Part shown: in pieces, positions 7,649 through 18,468 of the stretch
How positions within the stretch are numbered: the first letter of the stretch is position 1
How the letters are laid out: every line of letters starts with the position of its first letter
Notes under the pieces: generated by a model
The model's database searches: none
What the model saw: the letters and a program-made list of their open reading frames with translations, nothing else
What the model was told of the DNA's origin: nothing
Source of the DNA: Sulfurospirillum sp.
GTDB taxonomy: Bacteria > Campylobacterota > Campylobacteria > Campylobacterales > Sulfurospirillaceae
DNA: 64,000 nt
Reading direction: 5' to 3'
Assembly: GCA_045047115.1 (NCBI GenBank)
Contig: JASFYR010000021.1
Location: forward strand, 32,190-96,189
Position numbers and translations under genes: made by a program

Positions 7649-10492
7649 CTACGCTTTTTCTACACGGCATAAGCCGGCTTTTGTTTCAGGGATTTGGGTG
7701 ATAATATCGTAACCATAGTTTGTTACAGTATTCGCTGCCTCACCTATACTATATGGCTCTAATCCCTCCGGATAATTTTCAGCCAAACTTTCTCCTTGCA
7801 TGACTCCGGCCCAGTGGAATGGCAGGAAGATTCTATCTTCACTGACAGAGTAAGTAAATCTGGCCCTTACTTTTATTTTAGTTCCCTCAGGAGAGTATAT
7901 CCACATCATTTCGCCATCTTTTATGCCATGATTCATAGCAAGATTTGGATTGATATCGCAGAACATTTCAGGGTTATGCTTGGTAAGATATTTCGAGCTT
8001 CTCTCTATCAAACCTGCACCACTGTGAGTAACAAGTCTCCCTGTTACCAGATTGAGTGGGAACTCTTTTGACCAGTCTTTCTTTTGAATAGATTCATATC
8101 TTGTATCAACTCTATAGTGATTTTTCTTATCTTTATATGTTGGATACTCTTTGGTAAGATCAAATCTTGGAGTATGAAGAGGTTCTCTGTGCATTGGTAT
8201 CTGATCAGGGAATGTCCATACTTTTGCTCTTGCTTTTGCATTTCCATAAGGTGCAACTCCAGCTTTTAGAGCAAGTTCGGCAATCTCATCACTGATGTCA
8301 ACTTTCCAGTTTTTACCCATTGCTGCTTTTTGCGCAGAGGTAAGTTTTATGCCTAAGACTTTTTCTATATTATCTTTATGAAGCTCAGGATAACCACCTT
8401 CTACTTTTGCATTTTTGATGGTTGCTCCATCTCCTGCAAGCTGATTTACGCCATCATGTTCGAGACCAAATCTATTTCTAAAACCCATACCTCCCATATT
8501 TACCGGAAGATTTACATCATAAAGTACTGGGCTTCCACCGTGGGTTGTTGTCCAACAAGGCCAAGGCAGTCCGTAGTATTCACCCTTCATCGGTCCCATT
8601 CCGGCAATATTTACTTCATCAAACATATGCCAGTTCTCTTGATGTTTTTTAAGCCTGTCATAAGTCCAACCGGTAAGTCCGATAGTTTTTATGATTCTAG
8701 CAACCTCGTCAATACCGTCTTTTGGCCACACAAAACTATCTTTTGCTTTTACAAGTTTTCCCTCTTTTTTGTTGGCTTTGAGTTTCATTCCAGCTACAAA
8801 TTGATCATAATAACCAAACTTTTTAGCAAAAGCAAACATTATCTCTTCATCTGTTTTGCTTTCATACATCGGATCTACAACTTTACTTCTAAGTTGAGCA
8901 CTTCTGTTTGTTGCTGTTACTGTTCCTTCTCCCTCAAATTGAGTGGCAGTTGGAAGGATATAGACACCATCTTTTTTATTTGTTATGATAGCCGCCTCAT
9001 TTGCAAATGGCTCGGCTACAACTATAAGATCAAGTTTATCAAGGGCTTTTTGTACACTTGCCTGTCTTGAGATAGATGTTATACCATTTCCCTGGACCCA
9101 AAGAGCTTTTATAGGAGAACTCGTGTGAATTGGATCTTCTTTTATGACACCTTCATACCAGCGAGCTAGTGTAAATCCTTTGGTATTCATCCATTTCTTA
9201 GCTTTAAATCTTCCTTTTAACCAATTATAATCAACGCCCCACTGTTTAGCAAAATATTTCCAAGAACCATCACTTAGTCCATAGTAACCCGGAAGAGTGT
9301 GTGACAGACAGCACATATCTGTGGCGCCTTGAACATTATCATGACCTCTTAAGATGTTACATCCGCCACCTCGTCTTCCCATATTTCCAAGGGCAAGTTG
9401 GAGTATCGGAGCCATACGAGTATTTGAAGAACCGATGCTGTGCTGAGTTAAACCCATAGCCCAGATAAGAGTTCCGGGTTTGCTTGTAGCAAAAGCTCTT
9501 GTAATTTGGTAGAGCCTCTCTTGAGGAACACCTGTTACATCTTCTACTTTTTGCGGAGTCCACTTTTTAGCCTCTTTTATGACATCATCCATGCCATATA
9601 CTCTGTTTTTGATAAAATCTTTATCTTCCCAACCATTTTTAAAGATGATATGAAGCATACCATACATAAACGGGATATCAGTTCCCGGTCTTATGTGAGC
9701 ATACATATCAGCTTTTGCGGCTGTCTTGGTGTATCTCGGATCTACTACTATAAGCTGAGCATTGTTGTGCTCTTTTGCTTTTAAGAAATTTTTGAAACCA
9801 ACAGGATGGTTCACCGCAGGATTTGCTCCAAAAATGATAATTGACTTAGCATTTTGGATATCTCCAAGATGGTTTGTCATAGCGCCATAACCCCATGTAT
9901 TCGCCACACCGGCGACTGTTGCACTATGTCAAATTCTAGCTTGGTGATCTATATTGTTTGTACCCCACATTGAAGCAAATTTTCTAAAGTAATAGGACTG
10001 CTCTGTACTGATCTTTGCAGAACCTAAGAACATCGCTACATCAGCACCATTGCTTTTTCTAAGAGACAACATCTTGTCGCCGATCTCATTGATGGCTTGA
10101 TCCCAACTGATTCTTTGCCATTTTCCATCGACTTTTTTAAGTGGATGCTTTACTCTCTTTGCACTCTTTACAGTGTCAATCGAATCGATACCTTTTGAGC
10201 AGTGACCACCATGACTAAACGGATGCTCCTGCGCCACCTCTTGTCTCACCCAAACACCATTTTGCACTTCAGCTATGATACCACAGCCTACTGAACAAGT
10301 TGTACATATGGTTTTAACCATCTTTGAACCCGGATATGGATCTTTTACCTCTTCTTTTGTAGCTTTTCTAACAGCACTTCCGCCTGCTATAAGAGTTGTT
10401 CCGATAGCCGCACCACCAAGTGTTGCCATCTTTAAAAAAGATCTTCTTCCAGCTCGCAAAGATAGTTTTTCCAACTTATCTTTACCCATCAT
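7649..10492 (-). CDS. fdhA: Selenocysteine-containing W/Mo formate dehydrogenase alpha subunit (947 aa via TGA readthrough at 9929-9931)
   Basis: Two track ORFs are in one frame and join as DHQARI-U-HSATVAGVANTWGYGAMTN; Tat motif RRSFLK; CTTCSVGC...HCSKG; LRGHDNVQGATDM; selAB nearby. Confidence 0.96.
9895..9928 (-). promoter_or_regulatory. Bacterial SECIS element
   Basis: mRNA after UGA reads CAUAGUGCAACAG-UCGCC-GGUGU-GGCGA-AUACAUG: a stem-loop with a G-rich apical loop about 13 nt 3' of UGA. Confidence 0.8.
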
Positions 10493-10499
10493 TTTATTG

Positions 10500-10547
10500 T
10501 CTCCTTTTTCGGAAATAAATTCCGCAAAAATTCCTCGCGCCTAAAGC
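10500..10547 (-). repeat. RBS-adjacent hairpin repeat, copy 1 (fdhA leader)
   Basis: Near-identical to 50122-50169; TTTTGCGGAA-TTTAT-TTCCGAAAAA directly before AGGAGA. Confidence 0.75.
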
Positions 10548-10583
10548 ACGAGCTATCGCTCTGTAATTTTTCATTACTCCTCG

Positions 10584-10784
10584 TTAAGATGCTACGCTAT
10601 AGTACTCTCTCCAATGAGATGTCTTCTTATAAAGAATCTCTTTTTTTGGAGAATGCCCTATAACAACGCCATTTGAGCCACTTTGTGAAGATAATTTCTC
10701 ACTAGCCTGAAGCGCACTGCCTGCTACAACAACGCCTCCACCGACAAGAGCTTTCTTCAAAAAGCCTCTTCTTGAGTCTTGCAT
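10584..10784 (-). CDS. Small Tat-signal protein of fdh operons
   Basis: MQDSRRGFLKK, GVVIGHSPKKEILYKKT..W..YY; RBS AAAGGAG favours a start at 10784. Confidence 0.8.
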   Translation of the reverse strand: MQDSRRGFLKKALVGGGVVVAGSALQASEKLSSQSGSNGVVIGHSPKKEILYKKTSHWREYYSVAS

Positions 10785-10837
10785 CTTTACTCCTTTCATT
10801 TAGATTTATCCCTTAAAGAGATATGACAAAAATTTTT

Positions 10838-11108
10838 AACTGACCTTACGCACTATATCACATTCTCAACAAACAAGAAAAAGGTATAATGCGAGGCAGA
10901 AAGTCTTTGGCATAGCATAAGCTATGTTGAAGATTTTCTAACGAAGCAGGATGCCTTTTTCTTGTTTGCCCTACGGGTGAGTCTTAAAGAGCATTATCGC
11001 TTCGTTGGTTTCACTTTAACATAGCTTTTGCTATGCCAAAGCAAAACCGCCTCGTACTAACACTCTTTAAGACTCATTGAGGATGTGATATAGTGCGTAA
11101 GGTCAGTT
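10838..11108. mobile_element. 271-bp non-coding cruciform element (MITE/REP-like)
   Basis: 32-bp terminal inverted repeats (1 mismatch), two 99-bp internal hairpin arms and a central CCCTACGGG; terminus recurs at 20298-20322; mobility is inferred. Confidence 0.65.
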
Positions 11109-11140
11109 TTTAAATTTTCTCATATCTCTTCTAAAAGCTT

Positions 11141-11905
11141 TTATACCTCGTCTTCTACATCGCCTCCGGCTTCTATGATACACTCTTGTATCTCTTGAGA
11201 TTTTTTTCTCTTATTTTCAAGTCTTCTTTTCGCCTCTACATCAGAGATATTTACAGGTTGCTCTTTTTGTGATACTTTTTCTCTCTCTTTTGGTCTGTTT
11301 ACATTTAGAAACAGTCTCTCTAGAGAGATGAATGATTTTAATAATATTGCCGCTTCCTGGTAGAAAAGTGCATTTTCATTCATATATATATTTTCTATAA
11401 ATTCATCGACAAATGGATTTAAAACATTTTTAAAAACCTCGCTCTCAAGAAAAGCTGCTTTCTCATCCCCGTCTAATTCGTCAACTATCAGATTTTGCAT
11501 AATTGCAAAGATAAAACCTATGTCATCTTCCAAATCAGTAAATTTTTTATTATCTCTTCTGTAGTTAGATTGCAAAACATAATTCACCATCAATTGTCTC
11601 TTTTTACCATCATCCCTCTCTTCTTCATAAAAAGAGGCTGTTGTAGGCACCGGGCTACCACTCAAATCATAAAATATCGCATCAAACTCACTCTCTATAG
11701 ATTTCAACCCCTTTGATGAGATAATCTGTGACATATTTTTAAGTGTTTTGTCCATAGACTCGTCTATGGGATTTTGCAAGAAAAACTCTATCTTCTTTTC
11801 TAGTTCATTATATCTCTTCTCTTCTAGCACAAAGGCGAAAAGGGAGGCAAAAAGCCCATAAAAAAGAACTCTTGCTCTGTTGATATTTTCTTTATTGCTG
11901 TTCAT
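11141..11905 (-). CDS. TorD/DmsD-family molybdoenzyme chaperone
   Basis: PTTASFYEE...EDDIGFIF TorD-like motifs; start at 11905 overlaps the upstream stop (TAATG). Confidence 0.85.
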   Translation of the reverse strand: MNSNKENINRARVLFYGLFASLFAFVLEEKRYNELEKKIEFFLQNPIDESMDKTLKNMSQIISSKGLKSIESEFDAIFYDLSGSPVPTTASFYEEERDDGKKRQLMVNYVLQSNYRRDNKKFTDLEDDIGFIFAIMQNLIVDELDGDEKAAFLESEVFKNVLNPFVDEFIENIYMNENALFYQEAAILLKSFISLERLFLNVNRPKEREKVSQKEQPVNISDVEAKRRLENKRKKSQEIQECIIEAGGDVEDEV

Positions 11906-13572
11906 TATATTTTTCCTTTTAGTTGGGCTTTTAACATCACTTTTGGTTTGCATGATTCACAACAGTAGAGTGTTCTTATTTTTGCTTCATCATCTCCAAA
12001 AAGTGGCTCCATCTTTGCTGCTATTGCCATGATGGCTTTTTTTGGAGCAAACTCTACTCCGCACTCTACACATTTAAAGATCTCATCTTTTGCCATGATA
12101 TTTTGTCTGAAATACTCTGGATTCAGACTCAACTCATCATAAATCACATTTAAACAATCTTTCTCTGGACAGGTGGGCTCACAATATCCGCAATTTGTAC
12201 AGATGGAGGGATTAAATCTCAGAGTATTGTCCTCAGGGTGCACTGTAAGAGCCCTGACATTGCAAGCACCAACACAACTCATGCATAAAGTACAAGTCTC
12301 TTCATTGATAGTTATAGTTCCATAGTGTATATGTTCTCCCGTCTTTACAACTCCCAAATCATCATCTCCGACCAAATGAGAGAGTCTGGCTGAAAATATC
12401 TCTCTTTTTCTCAAATCCATCTCATTTATTCCATATTTTGCCTCAGAAAATGACTCTGTTTTTTTTAAAGCCTGCTCTAGTTCCTCTTTGTCTTTTGCGA
12501 TGAAAATAGCTTGTTTGTTGTATTTTCTTCTAAAAATCTCATTTATTAAAGCTATGGCATCGCCTGAACCTTTAGAGAGAAAATCACTATAAAAAATCAC
12601 AGATTTTCCACTTGTCTGCAGCAGTGATAGATAGTGGGCTTCATGTAGAAACTTCTCACCCTCTATGGCCAGCGGCAAAACATCTTCTGGAAGCTCTACA
12701 TACAAAGCTTCCAAGTTCATCTTTCTTGGTATTATCAGTGCTACTTTGTCTCTGTAAAATTCTTTTATCTCACTAAATGCACTTCTTGGCAATTGAGTGT
12801 AATCAAGCGCACCGCTTGGGCAGACACTGATACATCCTCCACACCCGTGGCAATCTATCTGTGAAAATTCAAGATGCTTATTTTCATCATCTTTTAAAAT
12901 TGCCACTGTCGGACATACTTCTGCGCATTTACCGCATATCTCCTCTCTTCTTTCGTGGTATTGGCAAATATTTTGGTCATATATCGTAAAATTTTTGTAT
13001 CTGTAAGTGCCTAGATTTTCTTCTGTTTTTTTAATTACCTCATCAAATCCCAATTCAAATGGATCAAAAACTCCACTTTGCTTCATGGCAAATTCCGGTG
13101 CACCTTCCCAGATGATTTGAGCACAAGCAATTTCATGCAGTTTATCATCTTTTTTTATAGTTACAGCCAACTCTCCAATATGTCCGTTAACATCAACTAT
13201 CATGCTTGGATTTAGTGTTATAGAGTTAAATTTATCACTTTGCAAAATTTTCTTGTATTTATCATTTTCTTCGTCATCTGTTACAATTAGTAACTTATTA
13301 TTCACCTCTTTTTCAAAATCCATATCTTTTGACAGGTCAAATACTAAAGACCTTATGTCGTATAGAGACTTTATATTTTTGATTTTATCTGCTATATTGT
13401 TAGCACTGTTTTGGACATAGAAGTTTATTTCAGGAGCATATATCTGTGTATCACAAGATTCGCTATTTGCTACTATATAGTTAGTATCGTCAGCTTTTTC
13501 TAAAATCTTTATACTCTCGTCCAAGGGATATTCTAATTTTATGTCTGTTAAAAAGAGATATTCTGGTTTCAT
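11905..13572 (-). CDS. Polyferredoxin-like 4Fe-4S protein associated with fdh
   Basis: CGKCAEVCP, CHGCGGCISVCP, CTLCMSCVGAC, CTNCGYCEPTCP, CVECG, CCESC. Confidence 0.88.
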   Translation of the reverse strand: MKPEYLFLTDIKLEYPLDESIKILEKADDTNYIVANSESCDTQIYAPEINFYVQNSANNIADKIKNIKSLYDIRSLVFDLSKDMDFEKEVNNKLLIVTDDEENDKYKKILQSDKFNSITLNPSMIVDVNGHIGELAVTIKKDDKLHEIACAQIIWEGAPEFAMKQSGVFDPFELGFDEVIKKTEENLGTYRYKNFTIYDQNICQYHERREEICGKCAEVCPTVAILKDDENKHLEFSQIDCHGCGGCISVCPSGALDYTQLPRSAFSEIKEFYRDKVALIIPRKMNLEALYVELPEDVLPLAIEGEKFLHEAHYLSLLQTSGKSVIFYSDFLSKGSGDAIALINEIFRRKYNKQAIFIAKDKEELEQALKKTESFSEAKYGINEMDLRKREIFSARLSHLVGDDDLGVVKTGEHIHYGTITINEETCTLCMSCVGACNVRALTVHPEDNTLRFNPSICTNCGYCEPTCPEKDCLNVIYDELSLNPEYFRQNIMAKDEIFKCVECGVEFAPKKAIMAIAAKMEPLFGDDEAKIRTLYCCESCKPKVMLKAQLKGKI

Positions 13573-13602
13573 ATTTTTCTCTATCCTTTGGTTAATTTAT
13601 AT

Positions 13603-13647
13603 TTACCGTATGGTAATAAAACTCTTATTAAAACGCACTTAATAAGA
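13603..13647. promoter_or_regulatory. Two palindromes in the divergent fdh / sensor-selAB promoter
   Basis: TTACC-GTAT-GGTAA (13603-13616) and TCTTATTAA-N7-TTAATAAGA (13623-13647). Confidence 0.45.
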
Positions 13648-13712
13648 TATAATTACTCCTATTTATTGGATGTGCATCTATTTTTTTCGCTATAATTACA
13701 CAGAAGGAGACT

Positions 13713-14864
13713 GTGTTGGTAAAGAAAAGTTATATATATATTTTTATTTTAGTGGTTATCACAGTTATATCTGCCTTTTATATCCGCAAAAGTCCTGATA
13801 TAAAAGAGATAAGACTGGGAGCATCTTTGCCTCTTAGCGGGATAAATCAAAATCTGGGCTCAGAGGTAGTTATCGGCTCAAACATCTACTTTAACTACAT
13901 AAACTCTAAAGGCGGGATTTACGGCAAAAAGATAGATTTTATATATTATGATGATAAGTACGAACCTGAAATCACACAAACAAATATAAGCAGACTGATA
14001 AAAAAAAATAGAGTTTTTGCACTGTTTGATTTTGTAGGAACTCCAACAGTAAAAAGAGTAATGCCCATCATTAAAAAGAGTGGCATCCCGTTTATATCTC
14101 CTTACACAGGAGCCAGTTTCTTGAGAAATCCAAACATAAAAAATATAGTCAATTTCAGAAGCTCGTACAAAGAGGAGATAGACGCACTTGTCGGTTATCT
14201 TGTAAAAAATAAAAAATTAAGAAGATTTTCTATATTTTACCAAAATGATGATTATGGCAAAGAGGGCTATATAGCTCTTTTTGATGCTCTTAAAAAGAGG
14301 GGTTTGAGACTGCAAAGTGAGGGAACTTATAAGAGAAATACACTATTTATAAAACAGGCGATTTATGACATAAAGTCCAACAAACCTCAAGCTATCATTC
14401 TAGTAGGTGCATATAAGCCGACTGCCAGATTTATAAAAAAAGCGAGACTTAGCAGTCTTAAAAATGTCATATTTTGCCCTATATCTTTCGTAAATGCCGA
14501 TGCTCTCATGAATGAACTTAAAAACGATGGCAAAAACATAATCTTTTCGCAAGTTGTCCCCTCATACAATGAAAATACAAAAACTACAAAAGAGTATATA
14601 GAGATGTTAAATCTGTACTTTCCAGGGCATAAGCCTACTTTAGCATCTTTTGAAGCATTTTTGGCTGCCAAAGTGGTGGTTAAGGCTTTGAAAAATCTGG
14701 GAGGAGATATAAACAGAAGAGATTTTTTATATCAGATAAAACATCTAGAACCAAATACTCTTGGCTCCATAAAAATTCACTATAAAAATTCACAACTCTT
14801 AAACAGAGTCTACATATCACAGTTTATCCATGGAAAATTCAAAGTATTGGCCATAAAACCATGA
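13713..14864 (+). CDS. Leu/Ile/Val-type periplasmic binding protein, membrane-anchored, with no cognate permease
   Basis: LGASLPLSG, NSKGGIYGKKI...DDKYEP, VGTPT, FRSSY..E, FYQNDDYG. Confidence 0.85.
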   Translation: MLVKKSYIYIFILVVITVISAFYIRKSPDIKEIRLGASLPLSGINQNLGSEVVIGSNIYFNYINSKGGIYGKKIDFIYYDDKYEPEITQTNISRLIKKNRVFALFDFVGTPTVKRVMPIIKKSGIPFISPYTGASFLRNPNIKNIVNFRSSYKEEIDALVGYLVKNKKLRRFSIFYQNDDYGKEGYIALFDALKKRGLRLQSEGTYKRNTLFIKQAIYDIKSNKPQAIILVGAYKPTARFIKKARLSSLKNVIFCPISFVNADALMNELKNDGKNIIFSQVVPSYNENTKTTKEYIEMLNLYFPGHKPTLASFEAFLAAKVVVKALKNLGGDINRRDFLYQIKHLEPNTLGSIKIHYKNSQLLNRVYISQFIHGKFKVLAIKP

Positions 14865-16477
14865 AAAAGTTTTTTAACTATGCAAATAAAAAATTAGAGA
14901 ATATAAAGTTTGCCAATAAAACAAAAATATTGATTTTTACAATTTTGGGCGGAACCATTCTCATTGGTTTTTTAATGTTTATATCCATCTTTGCACTAAA
15001 ATATGATTTTGAAACACTTTTTGTAAACCTCACAAAGCCTCAAGTAAAACTCGAAGAGATAAAAGATATATATCAGGTAAATATAAAAGAGACACTAAAT
15101 GCTATAAAAGATAAACAGATAAGCAAAACTGAGGGCATAGAAGTATTAAATCTGGCTGATCAAATAATAAAAAAACAGTGGAAAGAGTATAAAAAAGAGA
15201 CGAATCAGCAAGTAGGGGGACTGCCTGAATTTGCAAGCAATTGGTTGAATTTCTTTCTCCTAAACAGTGGTGCTTTGAAAAAAAGTGAGTTTGAAAGCAG
15301 GGTCATAGAAAATATAGAAAAAAAGATAAAAAGCATAAACAAAAAAACATCTAAACTAATCTCCACACTCAAGAAAAAAGAGATAACAAATACCAAACAG
15401 ATAATCAACGATACAATTTTAGAGACAAACTCTCTAAACATATATCTCTCGACTCTCATCACCAATAACCTCATGAGAGCTATCTCAAAAAAAGAGGCAA
15501 ATGACAAACTTTTCAACACAAGCACTCTTATGTTGATTTTTCTCATAAGTCTCTCCTTTGTTTTTATGTTTTTAGTTTCCACTACAATAATCAACAACTT
15601 TAAAGAGTTGCACTACTCACTCGAAGAAAACATCGCAAAAAAGACAAAAGAGTTGAGGGCATTAAACATCTCGCTAGAGAGCAGAGTCAAGAAAGAGGTG
15701 GAAAACAGCCGTAAAAAAGACAACATCATGTTCCAACAGGCAAGACTAGCAAGCATGGGAGAAGTCTTACACAATATTGCTCATCAATGGAGACAGCCAT
15801 TGGGGGCCCTAATGATGATAATTCAGGGCTTTGGTACTAAATTTGAAAGAGGAAGACTAGATGAAAAATTTATCTTAAGCAGCGTAGATGATGCCTTAAA
15901 ACTTGGAAAAAATATGTCTGATACACTTGATGATTTTAGAAACTTTTTTATGCCAAACCGTGCCAAACAGATATTTGATGTAAAAAAAGCGATAAACAAA
16001 TCGATAGAATTAACAAAATACCAACTCGAAAAAGAAGACATTGAGCTAGAGTTCAATTCAAATATAACAGCCAAAATATATGGATTTAAAAACGAACTTA
16101 TGCATGTAGTATTAAATATAATCAACAATTCAAAAGATATACTCTCATCCAAAGAGAATTTAAAGAAAAAGAAGATTTTAATTATCACAAAGCAAACAAA
16201 ACGAAAGATCATCATAAATATAATAGATAATGGTGGTGGCATAAAAGATGATATAATATCAAAGATATTTGACCCGTATTTTACTACCAAACACAAGAGC
16301 ATAGGGACAGGAATTGGCTTATATATGTCAAAACAGCTGGTTGAAAGACATATGAGCGGAAAGATATACTGCAAAAACATAAGACATAAATTTGGCACCA
16401 AAAAGTTTTTTGATTCTGCTATGTTTAGTGTCGAACTACCACTGGAGGAGAAAAATTATGAACAAAAGAAATCTTGA
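14861..16477 (+). CDS. Sensor histidine kinase
   Basis: Two TM segments; H-box LASMGEVLHNIAHQWRQPL; N box NIINNSKD; DNGGGI, FDPYFTTK, GTGIGL. Confidence 0.95.
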   Translation: MKKFFNYANKKLENIKFANKTKILIFTILGGTILIGFLMFISIFALKYDFETLFVNLTKPQVKLEEIKDIYQVNIKETLNAIKDKQISKTEGIEVLNLADQIIKKQWKEYKKETNQQVGGLPEFASNWLNFFLLNSGALKKSEFESRVIENIEKKIKSINKKTSKLISTLKKKEITNTKQIINDTILETNSLNIYLSTLITNNLMRAISKKEANDKLFNTSTLMLIFLISLSFVFMFLVSTTIINNFKELHYSLEENIAKKTKELRALNISLESRVKKEVENSRKKDNIMFQQARLASMGEVLHNIAHQWRQPLGALMMIIQGFGTKFERGRLDEKFILSSVDDALKLGKNMSDTLDDFRNFFMPNRAKQIFDVKKAINKSIELTKYQLEKEDIELEFNSNITAKIYGFKNELMHVVLNIINNSKDILSSKENLKKKKILIITKQTKRKIIINIIDNGGGIKDDIISKIFDPYFTTKHKSIGTGIGLYMSKQLVERHMSGKIYCKNIRHKFGTKKFFDSAMFSVELPLEEKNYEQKKS

Positions 16478-17141
16478 TATTTTAGGAGATTTCAATATTC
16501 TTTATCTTGAAGACGAGCCTCAACTCTTAAAACACACTGCTATGGTTTTGGAAGATTTTGTGAAAAATATATTTGCGGTAGCTACTTGCAAGAATGCTTT
16601 GGAAATTATCAAAGAAAACAAAATCGATATAATCATCACCGATATAAACCTCAAGCACGAAAACGGTATAGAGTTTTTAAAAGAGTTAAAATATGAGCTA
16701 GGATATGAAATTCCCTCTATAGTGGCAACAGCCTACACAGATACAGAATACCTCATAGATGCCATAAAGCTCAAAGTTGAAGACTATATAGTCAAACCCA
16801 TAAATCTAAAAGATTTGCTAAATTCTATACATGATGTGCTCTTGCCTATTGCGCAAAAAAGAGAGATTAAAAAATCATACAATGTAATCAGGACTATCTC
16901 AGCCGTCACAGATGGAAAACAGGTTGAGTTGGTAAAATTTATACTTAAAAATCTTGATGACGAGTCTATATTTAACTACTCTTACGGAGATATAATGGCT
17001 CAAGTGGATGTAAGCAAACCAACAGTAATAAAGTTTTTCAGGCAACTGTCTCAAAAAGGAATTTTAACAAAGATACAAAATAAAAAGTACTTTTTCAATG
17101 AAAACAATCTGCCGAACCCCAGCGAGGAAATAGATGAATAA
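16458..17141 (+). CDS. Response regulator with atypical C-terminal HTH
   Basis: LYLEDE, ITDINL, TAY, KP receiver motifs; C-terminal IMAQVDVSKPTVIKFFRQL; ATG with GGAG at 16458. Confidence 0.88.
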   Translation: MNKRNLDILGDFNILYLEDEPQLLKHTAMVLEDFVKNIFAVATCKNALEIIKENKIDIIITDINLKHENGIEFLKELKYELGYEIPSIVATAYTDTEYLIDAIKLKVEDYIVKPINLKDLLNSIHDVLLPIAQKREIKKSYNVIRTISAVTDGKQVELVKFILKNLDDESIFNYSYGDIMAQVDVSKPTVIKFFRQLSQKGILTKIQNKKYFFNENNLPNPSEEIDE

Positions 17142-18468
17142 GCTAAGAGATATACCCAAAATAGACAAAATCATAAAAAGAGATATATTTGACAAACTAA
17201 ATGTTAAACTTCTCACCAAGATAACAAAACAGAAAACAGAAAAATTAAGAGCAGACATACTGCAAAACAGAATTGAAAAATTTGATGAAGAGACCTTTGC
17301 CAAAGATATAAAAGAGGCCTATGAAGAGATTTTTAAGCCCTCACTAAAGCCGCTCATCAATGCAACAGGTGTGATACTTCATACAAATATGGGAAGAAGT
17401 CTCATAAATGAAGAGATACTCAAAAGAGTCCAGCCTCTTATATGTAACTACTCAAACCTGGAGTATAAACTAGAAGAGGGTTGCCGAGGGGAGAGATACG
17501 AGCATGTTAATTCTCATCTCAAAAATCTATTGGACATAGAGGATGTTTTAGTGGTAAACAATAATGCAAGTGCGGTATTTTTGATACTCAACACATTTGC
17601 AAAAGAGCATGAAGTTGTAGTATCAAGGGGAGAACTCGTAGAGATAGGCGGAAGTTTTAGAATCCCTGAAGTAATGAGCCAAAGTGGAGCAATTTTAAAA
17701 GAGGTTGGAGCCACAAATAAAACAAAGCTTAGCGATTATGAAGAAGCGATAGATAACAATACCGCAATGCTCATGAAAGTACACCAATCGAATTTTAGCA
17801 TAGAAGGCTTTAGCCAAAGCGTACCTTATGAAGAAATTAAAGAGCTCTCTTCGCGAAATAACTTACTTGATTATTATGATTTAGGGAGTGGCTATATCCC
17901 TGAATTGCCGTATAATCTAGGTAAAAAAGAACCGTCTATTATAGAAATCTTAAAATCAAATCCATCACTTATAAGCTTTAGCGGAGATAAGCTTTTTGGC
18001 TCTATTCAAGCTGGAATCATAGCTGGGAAAAAGGAGTTAATTTCAAAATTAAAACAAAACCAACTCCTAAGAATGTTAAGAGTAGATAAAATAACGCTCT
18101 CTTTACTGGAAGAGACTATAAAAGCCTATCTAAGAGAAGAGTATAAACTTATACCAACTCTACATATGCTTTTTATGACAACAGATGAGCTTAAAAAAAG
18201 AGCTCTGCATATAGAGGAAAAATTAGGTACAAGTATAGTAAATACTCTGGAAACAAAAACAGTGATGGGTGGAGGCACTCTGCCAAACAGAGAGTTTCCA
18301 AGTATTGCCCTACATGTAAAGGGCAAAGCTCAACACTTAGAGAGAAAGTTTAGAAAGAAAATGATTATTGGCAGGATAGAAAATGATAGATTTCTGCTTG
18401 ATTTCAGAACAATTCAGCCAAAAGACGAAGAGAGGCTTACCCAAACCATAAGAGAGATAGTAAAATGA
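17134..18468 (+). CDS. selA: L-seryl-tRNA(Sec) selenium transferase
   Basis: INATGVILHTNMGRS, SRGELVEIGGSFRIP, PLP-Lys motif FSGDKL. Confidence 0.97.
   Translation: MNKLRDIPKIDKIIKRDIFDKLNVKLLTKITKQKTEKLRADILQNRIEKFDEETFAKDIKEAYEEIFKPSLKPLINATGVILHTNMGRSLINEEILKRVQPLICNYSNLEYKLEEGCRGERYEHVNSHLKNLLDIEDVLVVNNNASAVFLILNTFAKEHEVVVSRGELVEIGGSFRIPEVMSQSGAILKEVGATNKTKLSDYEEAIDNNTAMLMKVHQSNFSIEGFSQSVPYEEIKELSSRNNLLDYYDLGSGYIPELPYNLGKKEPSIIEILKSNPSLISFSGDKLFGSIQAGIIAGKKELISKLKQNQLLRMLRVDKITLSLLEETIKAYLREEYKLIPTLHMLFMTTDELKKRALHIEEKLGTSIVNTLETKTVMGGGTLPNREFPSIALHVKGKAQHLERKFRKKMIIGRIENDRFLLDFRTIQPKDEERLTQTIREIVK

Noticed and set aside
9929..9931. fdhA as a nonsense pseudogene or two genes
   Set aside because: TGA sits at the Sec ligand position with a SECIS and selAB present
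10838..11108. Moco/Tuco riboswitch or tRNA-Sec
   Set aside because: Two-fold strand symmetry, long terminal IRs and a solo terminus elsewhere fit a DNA repeat better; no cloverleaf or T-loop; not formally excluded without cmscan
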